From: an uncultured Enterobacteriaceae bacterium | Lineage (GTDB): Bacteria; Pseudomonadota; Gammaproteobacteria; Burkholderiales; SG8-39 | Direction: 5' to 3' | DNA: 64,000 nucleotides | NCBI GenBank assembly: GCA_964393745.1 | Contig: CAYMVA010000013.1 | Span: 46,250-110,249 of the forward strand | Shown here: one piece after another, positions 31,468 through 40,215 of the stretch | Layout of the letters: each line of letters opens with the position of its first letter | Position numbering within the stretch: position 1 is the stretch's first letter | Position numbers and translations under genes: made by a program | Notes under the pieces: model-generated | The model's database searches: none | The model's input: only the letters and a program-made list of their open reading frames with translations | What the model was told of the DNA's origin: nothing

Positions 31468-32747
31468 GCGGGCGCACGCTCGGCGCGTGGCTAGACCACG
31501 TCGAGCGCCAGCACCCCAAGGAAATCGCCCTCGGGCTGGAGCGCGTCGGCGAAGTGCTGGCGCGCCTGGGCGTGTCGCCGGCTTGCCCGGTGATCACCGT
31601 CGGCGGCACCAATGGCAAAGGCTCCGCCTGCGCGATGCTGGAGAGCATCCTGCGTGCGGCCGGCTATCGCGCCGGGCTCTACAGCTCGCCGCACCTGCTG
31701 CGCTACAACGAGCGCGTGCGCATCGCCGGGCGCGAGGCCGACGATGCGGCGCTGTGCGAGGCCTTTCAAGCGGTGGAGAGTGCGCGCGGCCAGGTGCCAC
31801 TCACCTATTTCGAGTTCGGCACCCTCGCCGCGGCGTGGCTGTTCGCGCGCGAGCGCCTCGACGCGCTGGTGCTGGAGGTCGGCCTCGGTGGGCGGCTCGA
31901 CGCAGTGAACGCGATCGAGCCCGACTGCGCGCTGCTCACCAGCGTGGGCGTGGACCATGTTGGGTACCTTGGCGCCACGCGCGAAGAAATCGGCCGCGAG
32001 AAGGCGGGCATCTTCCGCGCCGGCAAGCCGGCGGTGGTCGCCGAGCCCGAGCCGCCCGCGAGCGTTCTCGAGGAAGCGGCGAGGGTCGGCGCGAAGTTGC
32101 TGCTGGTGGGGCGCGACTTCGGCTTTCGCGCCGAAGCCGGGCAGTGGTCCTGCTGGGGACCGGGCGGCAAGCGCGCCGGGCTGGCGTATCCGGCACTGCG
32201 CGGCGCCATCCAGTTGCGCAACGCGAGCGCCGTGATCGTCGCGCTGGATGCGCTGCGCGAGCGCCTTCCAGTGGGCATGCAGGAAGTGCGGCGCGGGCTG
32301 GCCGAGGTGAACCTGCCGGGCCGCTTCCAGGTATTGCCGGGCCGGCCTCAGGTCGTGCTCGACGTCGCGCACAACCCGCAAGCGGCGGCGGTGCTGGCGG
32401 CGAACCTGCAGGCGAGCGGCTTTGCGCCGCAAACTATCGCGGTGCTGGGCATGCTGGCGGACAAGGACATCGGTGGCGTGGTGAGTGCGGTCGCGCCGCG
32501 CATCACGCGTTGGCACCTTGCGACGCTGGGCGGATCGCGCGGCGCGAGCGCGCACCAGCTTGCGGCGGCGCTTGTGGCGTGCGGCGTGAGCGCGCCGGCG
32601 ACCGAGCACGCCTCCGTCGCGCGAGCGCTTGCTGCAGCGCAGGGTGAAGCAGGTGAGGGTGATAAAATCATCGTCTTTGGATCATTCCTCACGGTAGCCG
32701 AAGCGATGGCTCAACTCCAGGCGCAACGACGCCCCGGGCATGGCTGA
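31464..32747 (+). CDS. folC: Bifunctional folylpolyglutamate synthase / dihydrofolate synthase
   Basis: GTG overlaps the accD stop. [10 protein letters not shown]-loop-like motif. accD-folC synteny. Confidence 0.9.
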   Translation: MSGRTLGAWLDHVERQHPKEIALGLERVGEVLARLGVSPACPVITVGGTNGKGSACAMLESILRAAGYRAGLYSSPHLLRYNERVRIAGREADDAALCEAFQAVESARGQVPLTYFEFGTLAAAWLFARERLDALVLEVGLGGRLDAVNAIEPDCALLTSVGVDHVGYLGATREEIGREKAGIFRAGKPAVVAEPEPPASVLEEAARVGAKLLLVGRDFGFRAEAGQWSCWGPGGKRAGLAYPALRGAIQLRNASAVIVALDALRERLPVGMQEVRRGLAEVNLPGRFQVLPGRPQVVLDVAHNPQAAAVLAANLQASGFAPQTIAVLGMLADKDIGGVVSAVAPRITRWHLATLGGSRGASAHQLAAALVACGVSAPATEHASVARALAAAQGEAGEGDKIIVFGSFLTVAEAMAQLQAQRRPGHG

Positions 32748-33420
32748 AGCGCGCGACGTCGAAGCGCTCAAGCGCCGCGGCCGGCGCCGGCTCGTGGGCG
32801 CGATCGCGCTGGTGCTCGCTGCGGTCATCGTCCTGCCGATGGTGTTCGACTCGGCGCCGAAACAGGCTCCGCCGCCGGTGAGCGTTCGCATTCCCTCCGA
32901 GGACGACGCCGGATTCAAGCCGAAGGTCACGCCGACTGTGCCTGCGCAGCCGCCCGTGGCAGCCAAGCCGGCGGCACCCGCTCCCGCGCCAGTCGCGCCG
33001 GAGAAAGCGGAAACTAAGGCGTCAGAGGTTGCGCCTGCGAAGCCCGCCGCGCCCGAGCCTGCCAAGCCGATCGTGAAGCGGGCGCCCGAAAAGCCCGCCG
33101 CGCCCGAGCCCGCCAAGCCGATCGTGAAGCCGGCGCCCGAAAAGCCCGCCGCGGCGGCTGAGGAAAAAGCGCGCGCCCAAAGCGCGCTCGCGGGCGAGCA
33201 GTATTACGTCCAGGTGGGCGCGTTCGCCGAACCCAGCGGCGTGCTCGAGAAGCTCAAGGCGGCGAAGATTCCCTACTACACCGAGCCGGTCGCCACCAAG
33301 GCGGGCAAGGTGTTGCGCGTGCGCGCGGGCCCGTTTGCGAGCCGCGAAGCGGCACAGAAGGCCCTGGAGCAGCTCAAAGGCCTGGGCTTAAAGCCGGCCG
33401 ACGTCGCGGCCAAGTCCTAG
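32740..33420 (+). CDS. SPOR-domain cell-division protein (DedD-like)
   Basis: N-terminal TM, a Pro/Ala/Lys-rich linker, and a C-terminal SPOR domain (YYVQVGAF...RVRAGPFASREAA). The stop TAG (33418-33420) is partly supplied by the adjacent repeat element. Confidence 0.85.
   Translation: MAEARDVEALKRRGRRRLVGAIALVLAAVIVLPMVFDSAPKQAPPPVSVRIPSEDDAGFKPKVTPTVPAQPPVAAKPAAPAPAPVAPEKAETKASEVAPAKPAAPEPAKPIVKRAPEKPAAPEPAKPIVKPAPEKPAAAAEEKARAQSALAGEQYYVQVGAFAEPSGVLEKLKAAKIPYYTEPVATKAGKVLRVRAGPFASREAAQKALEQLKGLGLKPADVAAKS
33040..33154 (+). repeat. 51-nt in-frame tandem duplication (about 2.2 copies) in the SPOR protein linker
   Basis: KPAAPEPAKPIVK(R/P)APE is repeated, and the DNA units are near-identical. 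Confidence 0.85.
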
Positions 33421-33846
33421 GGAAGCTCTGAGCAAGTTCCGCGTGCGCGACGGTGGCGATTTTCGTGCAGGGCGAGCCAGCGGACGCCGCCGTGTGCTTG
33501 ACGCCCACAAGGCGGCCGATGGCGATGGCATGCGCGAACGCGCAGGCGCTTGCGCCTGCGCTCCTCGCGCTTTAGCGCGACCGAGGGGCGCGCAGCGGCA
33601 AAGCCGCTGCTCAGCGCCCCGTCCCTTTGGGCGGCGAGGCCGGCCGCAAAGGTTCAAGGCAAAAGCCCTCGCCGCCCTCGGGTTGCGACCGGAAGTCGCG
33701 TAACCGGGGGTACGATAGCGCGATGACACGGGCGCCTGCGTTGTTGCTCGACCTTGCGATATCGACATATCGCTGCAGTCGAGCGCCTAGCAGGCGCCGC
33801 GTTCCGGCCGCAACGCGCATGCGCGCAACTTGCTCAGAGCTTCCCT
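33419..33846 (+). mobile_element. MITE-like structured intergenic element, copy 1 (428 bp, perfect 20-bp TIR AGGGAAGCTCTGAGCAAGTT)
   Basis: The termini are exact reverse complements. The interior is homologous to 41483-41839 (inverted). It has multiple nested GC hairpins and no credible ORF. Confidence 0.8.
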
Positions 33847-33847
33847 G

Positions 33848-34339
33848 ATGACCTGGCTCGATTACGCCGTGTTCGGCGTGTTCTCGTTTTCCGTCCTCTG
33901 GGGCGCATGGCGCGGATTGGTGCGCGAAGTCATCTCGGTGCTGGGCTGGGTGATCGCGTTCCTCGCCGCCAATCTGTTCGCGGGTCCGCTTGGCGAGGCG
34001 CTGCCGCTATCCATCCCGACCCCCGAACTGCGGGTGCTGGCGGCCTTCCTCGGCATTTTCGTAGGCGTGCTGATCGTCTCGACGCTGCTGGCGCTGCTCC
34101 TGTCCAGGCTGATACAGGCGGTGGGGCTTGGCGGACTCAATAGCCTGCTGGGAGGGTTGTTCGGCGTCGCCAGGGGCGTGCTGATCGTGCTGGCCGTGGC
34201 GTTGCTCGCCGGGCTGACGAGCGCCCCGAAACAGGCGTTCTGGCGCGACTCCGCGGCCGGCGCGGGCATGGCGCGCGCCGCGCTCGCGCTCAAGCCGTGG
34301 CTGCCGCATACGCTTACCGAGCGGCTGCGCTATGATTGA
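33848..34339 (+). CDS. cvpA: Colicin V production / membrane integrity protein CvpA
   Basis: MTWLDYAVFGVFSFSVLWGAWRGLVREV.S resembles the E. coli CvpA N-terminus. dedD-cvpA-purF synteny. Confidence 0.88.
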   Translation: MTWLDYAVFGVFSFSVLWGAWRGLVREVISVLGWVIAFLAANLFAGPLGEALPLSIPTPELRVLAAFLGIFVGVLIVSTLLALLLSRLIQAVGLGGLNSLLGGLFGVARGVLIVLAVALLAGLTSAPKQAFWRDSAAGAGMARAALALKPWLPHTLTERLRYD

Positions 34340-34367
34340 TCCTTAATACACCCGGGAGCCGGGTCCC

Positions 34368-35885
34368 ATGTGTGGAATTCTGGGCATCGTCGCCCGCTCG
34401 CCCGTCAACCAGCTGCTCTACGACGGCCTGCTGCTGCTGCAGCACCGCGGCCAGGACGCGGCGGGCATCGTCACCAGCGAACGCAAGACGCTGCACATGC
34501 ACAAGGGCAGCGGCACGGTGCGCGACGTGTTCCGCACCCGCAACATGCGCGCACTGCCGGGCAACATCGGCATCGCGCACTGCCGCTACCCGACTGCCGG
34601 CTCGGCCTTCAACTCGGCCGAGGCGCAGCCCTTCTATGTCAACTCGCCCTTCGGCATCGTCCTCGGGCACAACGGCAACCTGACCAATTCGGACGCGCTC
34701 AAGGAGGAGATGTTCCGCCTCGACCTGCGCCACATAAATACCAACTCCGACTCGGAAGTGCTGCTCAACGTGCTGGCGCACGAGCTGGAGCGGGCCTCGG
34801 TGCGCCAGCGCCTCGACCCGCCGACCATCTTTGCCGCGGTGGCGGCGGTGCACCGGCGCGTGCGCGGCGCCTATGCCGTGATCGCGATGATCGCGGGCTA
34901 CGGCGTGCTCGCGTTTCGCGACCCGTACGGCATTCGCCCCGCGGTGATCGGCTACAACGACACCGCCCAGGGCATCGAATACATGGTGGCCTCCGAATCG
35001 GTGGCGGTGGAGGCGCTCGGCTTTCGCGTGCTGCGCGACGTGGCGCCGGGCGAAGCGGTGCTTATCGACGAGGAGGGCCGCCTCCACAGCCAACCCTGCA
35101 CCCCAGAGGCCTCGCTCAACCCGTGCATCTTCGAGTACGTCTACTTGGCGCGCCCCGACTCGATGATGGACGGCGCCTCGGTGTACGAGTCGCGCCTGCA
35201 CATGGGCGAGAAGCTGGCGGAGAAGATCCAGCGCCAGTATCGCCACCTGCAGATCGACGTCGTAATCCCGATCCCGGACTCCAGCCGCCCCTCGGCGCTG
35301 CAGCTGGCGATGGGCCTGGGGGTGCCGTACCGCGAGGGCTTCGTCAAGAACCGCTACATCGGGCGCACCTTCATCATGCCCGGTGCGGCGCTGCGCACGC
35401 GCTCGGTGCGCCAGAAGCTGAACGTGATCGGCGTCGAGTTCAAGGGCAAGAACGTGCTGCTAGTGGACGACTCGATCGTGCGCGGCACCACCAGCCGCGA
35501 GATCGTGCAGATGGCGCGCGAGTCGGGCGCGAAAAAGGTGTTCTTCGCCTCCTCGGCGCCGCCGGTGCGCTTCCCCAATGTCTACGGCATCGACATGCCG
35601 ACGCGCGCCGAGCTGATCGCCGCGCATCGCAGCGAGCAGGAGGTGGCGGCCGAGATCGGCGCCGACGCGCTCATCTACCAGAATCTGGACGCCCTCAAGG
35701 ACGCGGTGCGCAAGGCCAACCCGCGGCTGGCGCGCTTCGAGACCTCGTGCTTCGACGGCATCTACGTCACCGGCGACGTCACCAGCGACTACCTGCAGGC
35801 CATCGAGACCCGGCGCGACGCCGCACGCGACGCCGGCGAGGACGAAACCGCCCAGCTCGACCTCAACCTGGTGGCGAGCGGCTGA
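34368..35885 (+). CDS. purF: Amidophosphoribosyltransferase
   Basis: MCGILGI (N-terminal nucleophile Cys) and the PRTase motif VLLVDDSIVRGTT. Confidence 0.96.
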   Translation: MCGILGIVARSPVNQLLYDGLLLLQHRGQDAAGIVTSERKTLHMHKGSGTVRDVFRTRNMRALPGNIGIAHCRYPTAGSAFNSAEAQPFYVNSPFGIVLGHNGNLTNSDALKEEMFRLDLRHINTNSDSEVLLNVLAHELERASVRQRLDPPTIFAAVAAVHRRVRGAYAVIAMIAGYGVLAFRDPYGIRPAVIGYNDTAQGIEYMVASESVAVEALGFRVLRDVAPGEAVLIDEEGRLHSQPCTPEASLNPCIFEYVYLARPDSMMDGASVYESRLHMGEKLAEKIQRQYRHLQIDVVIPIPDSSRPSALQLAMGLGVPYREGFVKNRYIGRTFIMPGAALRTRSVRQKLNVIGVEFKGKNVLLVDDSIVRGTTSREIVQMARESGAKKVFFASSAPPVRFPNVYGIDMPTRAELIAAHRSEQEVAAEIGADALIYQNLDALKDAVRKANPRLARFETSCFDGIYVTGDVTSDYLQAIETRRDAARDAGEDETAQLDLNLVASG

Positions 35886-35963
35886 CAGTGCTATAATTTT
35901 CGCACGCGCCGATTTGAGCCACAGCTTGCGGGCGCGCTATAAATTCAGCTAAAGCGTGCCGAC

Positions 35964-35993
35964 AAAACCCGGTCCGCTTGGCCGGGTTTTTTT
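35964..35993 (+). terminator. Rho-independent terminator after purF
   Basis: AAACCCGG-loop-CCGGGTTT followed by a T7 run. Confidence 0.75.
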
Positions 35994-36019
35994 ATTCCCG
36001 CAAGCGAAGGATGGGGATC

Positions 36020-37189
36020 ATGAAAAATTCGCTTGCCACGCTGGGGGTGCGCGCCGGACAGGCCCGCACCGAGTTCCACGAGCACTCCGAGGCGCTGTTC
36101 CTCACCTCGAGCTTCGTGTTCGACAACGCCGCGCAGGCCGCGGCGCGCTTCACCGGCGGCGAGGACGGCTTCGTCTACTCGCGCTTCACCAATCCCACGG
36201 TCGCCATGTTCCAGGACCGGCTCGCGGCGCTGGAAGGGGCGGAGGCCTGCGTCGCCACCGCCTCGGGGATGTCGGCGATCCTCGCCGTGAACATGGCGCT
36301 GCTCAAGTCGGGCGACCATGTGGTTTGTTCGAATGCCGTGTTCGGCGCCACGGTGCAGCTGTATTCAGGGATCCTGGCGCGCTTCGGCATCCAGACCACG
36401 TTCGTTTCCCCGACCGAGATTGGCGACTGGCAGCGGGCGCTGAAACCGAACACCCGGCTGCTTTTTCTGGAGACGCCGTCCAATCCGCTTGGCGTGGTCT
36501 CTGACATCGCGGCGATCGCCGCCGTGGCGAAGAATGCTGGCGCGCTGCTCGCGGTGGACAACGCGCTGTGCACCCCGGCGCTGCAGCGGCCGCTCGAATT
36601 CGGCGCCGACCTGGTGATCCATTCCGCGACCAAGTACCTGGACGGGCAGGGCAGGGTGCTCGGCGGCGCGGTGCTCGGCTCCAAGGCGCTGGTGATGGAC
36701 GGCGTGTTCGGCTTCCTGCGCACTGCGGGGCCGACGCTGTCGGCGTTCAACGCCTGGGTGATCCTGAAGGGCATGGAGACCCTCGAACTCCGCATGTTGG
36801 CGCAATCGGAGCGCGCGCTGGAGTTGGCGCGCTGGCTGGAGGCGCATCCCAAGGTAGCGCGCGTGTTCTATCCCGGCCTGGCATCGCACCCGCAGCACGC
36901 GCTCGCCATGCGCCAGCAGCGCGCCGGCGGCGCGATCGTGTCGTTCGAGGTGCAGGGCGGGCGCGAGGCGGCGTGGAAAGTGGTCGACTCGACGCAACTG
37001 ATCTCGATCACCGGCAACCTCGGCGACGTCAAGACCACCATCACCCATCCGGCCACCACCACCCACGGGCGCATCACGCCCGAGGCGCGCGCCGCGGCCG
37101 GGATTGGCGATGGTCTGCTGCGCGTCGCGGTCGGCCTGGAAGCGGTCGAGGACGTGAAAGCCGACTTGGCGCGGGGGCTGGGCGAATAG
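36020..37189 (+). CDS. metZ: O-succinylhomoserine sulfhydrylase (Cys/Met PLP-dependent family)
   Basis: SRFTNPTV...HSATKYLDGQGR (PLP Lys). ATG 36020 follows AAGGATGGGG; ATG 36011 is an alternative. Confidence 0.88.
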   Translation: MKNSLATLGVRAGQARTEFHEHSEALFLTSSFVFDNAAQAAARFTGGEDGFVYSRFTNPTVAMFQDRLAALEGAEACVATASGMSAILAVNMALLKSGDHVVCSNAVFGATVQLYSGILARFGIQTTFVSPTEIGDWQRALKPNTRLLFLETPSNPLGVVSDIAAIAAVAKNAGALLAVDNALCTPALQRPLEFGADLVIHSATKYLDGQGRVLGGAVLGSKALVMDGVFGFLRTAGPTLSAFNAWVILKGMETLELRMLAQSERALELARWLEAHPKVARVFYPGLASHPQHALAMRQQRAGGAIVSFEVQGGREAAWKVVDSTQLISITGNLGDVKTTITHPATTTHGRITPEARAAAGIGDGLLRVAVGLEAVEDVKADLARGLGE

Positions 37190-37250
37190 AGCCGGGCTGG
37201 AAGGGCCGAAGTGTAAAGTCACGCTTTACACTCTGCCGCGGCGCGCCTGA
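37174..37250 (+). repeat. Copy A of the triplicated metZ-stop/hairpin region
   Basis: GGGCTGGGCGAATAG-AGCCGGGCTGGAAGGGCCGAAGTGTAAAG-TCACG-CTTTACACT. It carries the authentic metZ 3' end and is homologous to 39127-39216 and 40686-40776. Confidence 0.85.
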
Positions 37251-37336
37251 ATTCGCTCGCGAACTCAGGCGCAAAGAAATCGGGCACCGTTTGCAGCGAC
37301 AGGCTCTAAATCAAACTGCTGCTAAAACGGGACTCA

Positions 37337-37375
37337 CGTCGGCTGCGCTGGGTCGTCAGTTCGCGGGCCAATAAG
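37337..37375 (+). pseudogene. Possible 3'-terminal remnant of a paralog of the 40216-40671 lipoprotein gene
   Basis: Encodes ..SAALGRQFAGQ*, compared with ..AAALGRQFAGR* at 40637-40671. About three-quarters nucleotide identity by eye over ~35 nt, with no upstream coding continuity. Confidence 0.35.
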
Positions 37376-37382
37376 AACCGAT

Positions 37383-39014
37383 TTATGCGGCGCCCCTGAG
37401 CCACGTCACCCGTACGCGGTCGTAATCCTGGTCGCGCTCGATCAGCTCTTCGAACCGCACCTGCGTCATCTGCTCGCCCATCATGACTTCGTATTTGAGG
37501 CCGGGGACGAAGCCCTCGCGCTCCAGAAGGATCTCGTGAGGCGTGCCGGAGGCGGCGCTCTCGGCCAGGATCAGCGCGTTCACGAAAGTGAACTTGAACG
37601 ACCCGGAGGAGGTCCGCCAGTTCTCGGCACTCTCAGCACCCTCGCCGAGGCCGCGCAGGTACACCGAAACCGGCTTCTTGGCGAGGATTTCGATTTCGGC
37701 GCGCATGCGCTCCTGCAGGTCGCGTTGCAGGCGCCGGATCGTGCCCAACCACCATGACTTTTGCCCCGCCACCTGGAACACGCATAGCGCGCCGATTTTC
37801 GCCCAGGGCTCGTCCTGGCGCGGGATGTCCACGCCGATTCCCCATGTGCTGCCCTCGTGCTGCATCCATTCGGTGATCACGGCGGTCACCTCCTGGGCCT
37901 GGAGCGCGATGCCGGTCTGCTTTTTCACCTCCAGGCGCTGGTCTTCCGTCATCTCCGCCATGCCGCTGAACTCGATGCGGGTCACCAGCTCGGACGCTGC
38001 GGAGAATCCGTGCGAGACCTTTATTTTTGCCTCGATCTTCACGCGCGGCCCGCGCGGTTCGGGCGGGGAGTCGCCCCAGTAGAGCAGCAGGCGCTTGAGC
38101 ACGAGCAGCTTCTCCGGGATCGTGAAATCGTCTCCGAAGCGCTTTTCCGGCTCCTGCGGGTTGGCGGTGTGGCGGTCTATCACTTCCTGGATCGAGGCGC
38201 CGGCGTCGCCGGCTCCGAAGCAGCGCAGAGTGGCGCTCTGCGCGACCTCCGGCGAGTGACGGATCGGCCGGTTCGGATGGGCGAGATCGATACAGAAGTT
38301 GCACCTCTCCCCGGGCTTCGCCTTGAGAGCGAAGCCGGAAGCCGTCCGCGAGATGATTCGCGCCGAGAGCTCCACCTCGAGCATCCGCTCGGCGTCCGGG
38401 TTGGCCGCGTCCATCATCGGCAGTCGCAGGAATTCCTGGCGCGCATGGCTGTGGAAGGCGTCGCTCGCGTAGGCCTTGATGCGTTCTGCGACGAACCTTT
38501 CCTTTTCGGCCTGGCCGTAGAGCACCGCGAGCTCCTGCCAGATGCGCGGCTTCACCGGCAGGTAGCGGAATTGGAGGAGCTTGCCTTCGTTGGTGAGGGC
38601 GCGGAGTGCGCGCAAAGCCAGGAGCGTGCGCTCCGGATGCACGGCCTCGCCCGGCTTCGCCGCCTGGGCGATCTCCCGGAGGCAGACGCGGTAGGCGGAA
38701 GAAACATGCTCCCAGAACCCGACCAGCGCCTGCCAGAGTTGGAACCGCTCGATCTCCTTGAGCTTGTCGTTGCGCAGGAATTCGGACAGCGCGGCGGCTT
38801 CCCGCTTCTGCCCCGTCTCATCGAGCAGCTTGATCACCCCGATCCGGTCGGAGAGGCCAAATCCGGGGGTCGCGGCGACCGTCTCGAGCGAGGAGGACAC
38901 TTCCTCCACGGCCTTGCCGTGCGCGGCAGGCAGGTCGGCGAGCAACCTGCCCGCCTCCTCGACGTTGTACATCGGATGGTCGGCCTTCTTGCTGCCGCTC
39001 AACCATTCAAGCAT
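37383..39014 (-). CDS. Hypothetical 543-aa cytoplasmic protein (island cargo 1)
   Basis: Long ORF with good codon periodicity and no signal peptide or TM. The N-terminal two-thirds are helical. The C-terminal ~150 aa look like a beta-barrel with a GSTWGIGV-type motif. No family confidently recognised. Confidence 0.7.
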   Translation of the reverse strand: MLEWLSGSKKADHPMYNVEEAGRLLADLPAAHGKAVEEVSSSLETVAATPGFGLSDRIGVIKLLDETGQKREAAALSEFLRNDKLKEIERFQLWQALVGFWEHVSSAYRVCLREIAQAAKPGEAVHPERTLLALRALRALTNEGKLLQFRYLPVKPRIWQELAVLYGQAEKERFVAERIKAYASDAFHSHARQEFLRLPMMDAANPDAERMLEVELSARIISRTASGFALKAKPGERCNFCIDLAHPNRPIRHSPEVAQSATLRCFGAGDAGASIQEVIDRHTANPQEPEKRFGDDFTIPEKLLVLKRLLLYWGDSPPEPRGPRVKIEAKIKVSHGFSAASELVTRIEFSGMAEMTEDQRLEVKKQTGIALQAQEVTAVITEWMQHEGSTWGIGVDIPRQDEPWAKIGALCVFQVAGQKSWWLGTIRRLQRDLQERMRAEIEILAKKPVSVYLRGLGEGAESAENWRTSSGSFKFTFVNALILAESAASGTPHEILLEREGFVPGLKYEVMMGEQMTQVRFEELIERDQDYDRVRVTWLRGAA

Positions 39015-39126
39015 GGCAGGCCCTCCTCGTGGAGCGCCGCCGGCGGCGAATCACCGCAGCGTGATCCACAGGTTACTATGATCGCTGGGTGTCTGGAGCG
39101 AGCGGCGAGCCAGCTTGAGGAACTTT

Positions 39127-39216
39127 CGCTGCGCAGGTAACGCACGGGCTGGCAGGGCAAAAGTGTAAAGTCTGTCTTTACACTTCGCCGAACTGCACCA
39201 GTCGCACCGCAGCGCA
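39127..39216 (+). repeat. Copy B of the triplicated region (degenerate metZ end + hairpin + degenerate lpxH 3' end)
   Basis: CTGCGCAGGTAA..CGGGCTGGCAGGGCAAAAGTGTAAAG-TCTGT-CTTTACACTTCGCCGAACTGCACCAGTCGCACC. The reverse strand reads a pseudo VQFGEV* identical to the lpxH C-terminus. Confidence 0.85.
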
Positions 39217-39362
39217 GCAACCCGGGCGAGCACCGTGTCACGATTCGGTAAGGGCATATTGCACGAATCGCTCGCACCGCCAGTCGATTTCAGCAGACTG
39301 TCTTAAGTTGTCGCGTTTCGGTCTATTATCATTGCGTCAGTGATCTCGAAAGGGAGGTTGCC

Positions 39363-40178
39363 ATGAAACGTCTATTGAGTGTGCTCCTGGTTCTGTTAGG
39401 ACTGGCCGCGTTCCCGGGGCTTATCTATGCAGATCATTCGTGGGGCGCCTATCATTGGGCGCGTACTGGCGGCTCATTCACCTTGAAGCTCGGTGACAAC
39501 GTGTCGAGCGCGTGGGATCCGTACCTCATTGAGGCGTCGAACGATTGGAGCGCCTCTAGCGTGCTTAACACCGTAATCGATACGGGCTTGACTACGCCAA
39601 AGAGGTGCAGGCCCAGCAGCGGGCGCGTGGAAGTTTGCGCTACCACCTATGGCAAAAACGGATGGCTGGGGTTGGCTTCGATCTGGGCGAGCGGGAGCCA
39701 CATCACGCAGGGCACTGCCAAGATGAACGACTCGTACTTCAACACCGCGCCGTACAACACCCCAGCATGGAGACGGCTGGTGATGTGTCAGGAGATCGCC
39801 CACACCTTCGGCCTCGATCACCAGGACGAGAATTTCTCCAACCTGAACTTTGGCAGTTGCATGGACTACACGTCCAACCCGGTCGGCCCGCCCAGCAACG
39901 AGCATCCAAACCAGCATGACTACGATCAACTGGTGACGATTTACGGCGGCCATACCGACACCACCACCACGGCCACCCAGACCAGCGCACAGGGCGCGAT
40001 GCCCCCGGCGATGTCCGACATCGACTTCGAGGGGCCGGGCCAATGGGGCAAGCTCCTCCGTTCGACCAACCGCGGCCGGACCGAGGTGTATGAACTCGAT
40101 TTCGGCGGCGGGCACAAGGTCTTCACCTTCGTCATCTGGGCGGACGAAGAAGACCGCGGACGCGGCAATCGACACTGA
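39363..40178 (+). CDS. Secreted metzincin-like protein with a variant motif QEIAHTFGLDH (island cargo 2)
   Basis: Strong RBS AAGGGAGG and signal peptide MKRLLSVLLVLLGLAAFPGLIYA. The ExxHxxGxxH core has Gln where the first Zn-binding His is expected. AT-richer codons (cta, tta, ttg, agt). Confidence 0.75.
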   Translation: MKRLLSVLLVLLGLAAFPGLIYADHSWGAYHWARTGGSFTLKLGDNVSSAWDPYLIEASNDWSASSVLNTVIDTGLTTPKRCRPSSGRVEVCATTYGKNGWLGLASIWASGSHITQGTAKMNDSYFNTAPYNTPAWRRLVMCQEIAHTFGLDHQDENFSNLNFGSCMDYTSNPVGPPSNEHPNQHDYDQLVTIYGGHTDTTTTATQTSAQGAMPPAMSDIDFEGPGQWGKLLRSTNRGRTEVYELDFGGGHKVFTFVIWADEEDRGRGNRH

Positions 40179-40215
40179 TTGCGCGCGGGCCTCGGGCGCG
40201 TCGTGAGGCCATGGA

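Noticed and set aside
33443-33703. Small ORFs inside the two MITE-like elements (33443-33703 + and 41501-41815 -) that share an identical ~30-aa N-terminus (MRDGGDFRAGRASGRRRVLD.HKAADGD.MRE).
   Set aside because: The similarity simply reflects nucleotide homology of the elements. The frames diverge completely after the 78-nt indel. There is no RBS, and the composition is GC-shadow-like.
39290-39362. A sigma70 promoter for the metzincin-like gene (TATTAT at about 39325 with several weak -35 candidates).
   Set aside because: No -35 hexamer with acceptable match and spacing could be fixed by eye. Only the strong RBS is certain.
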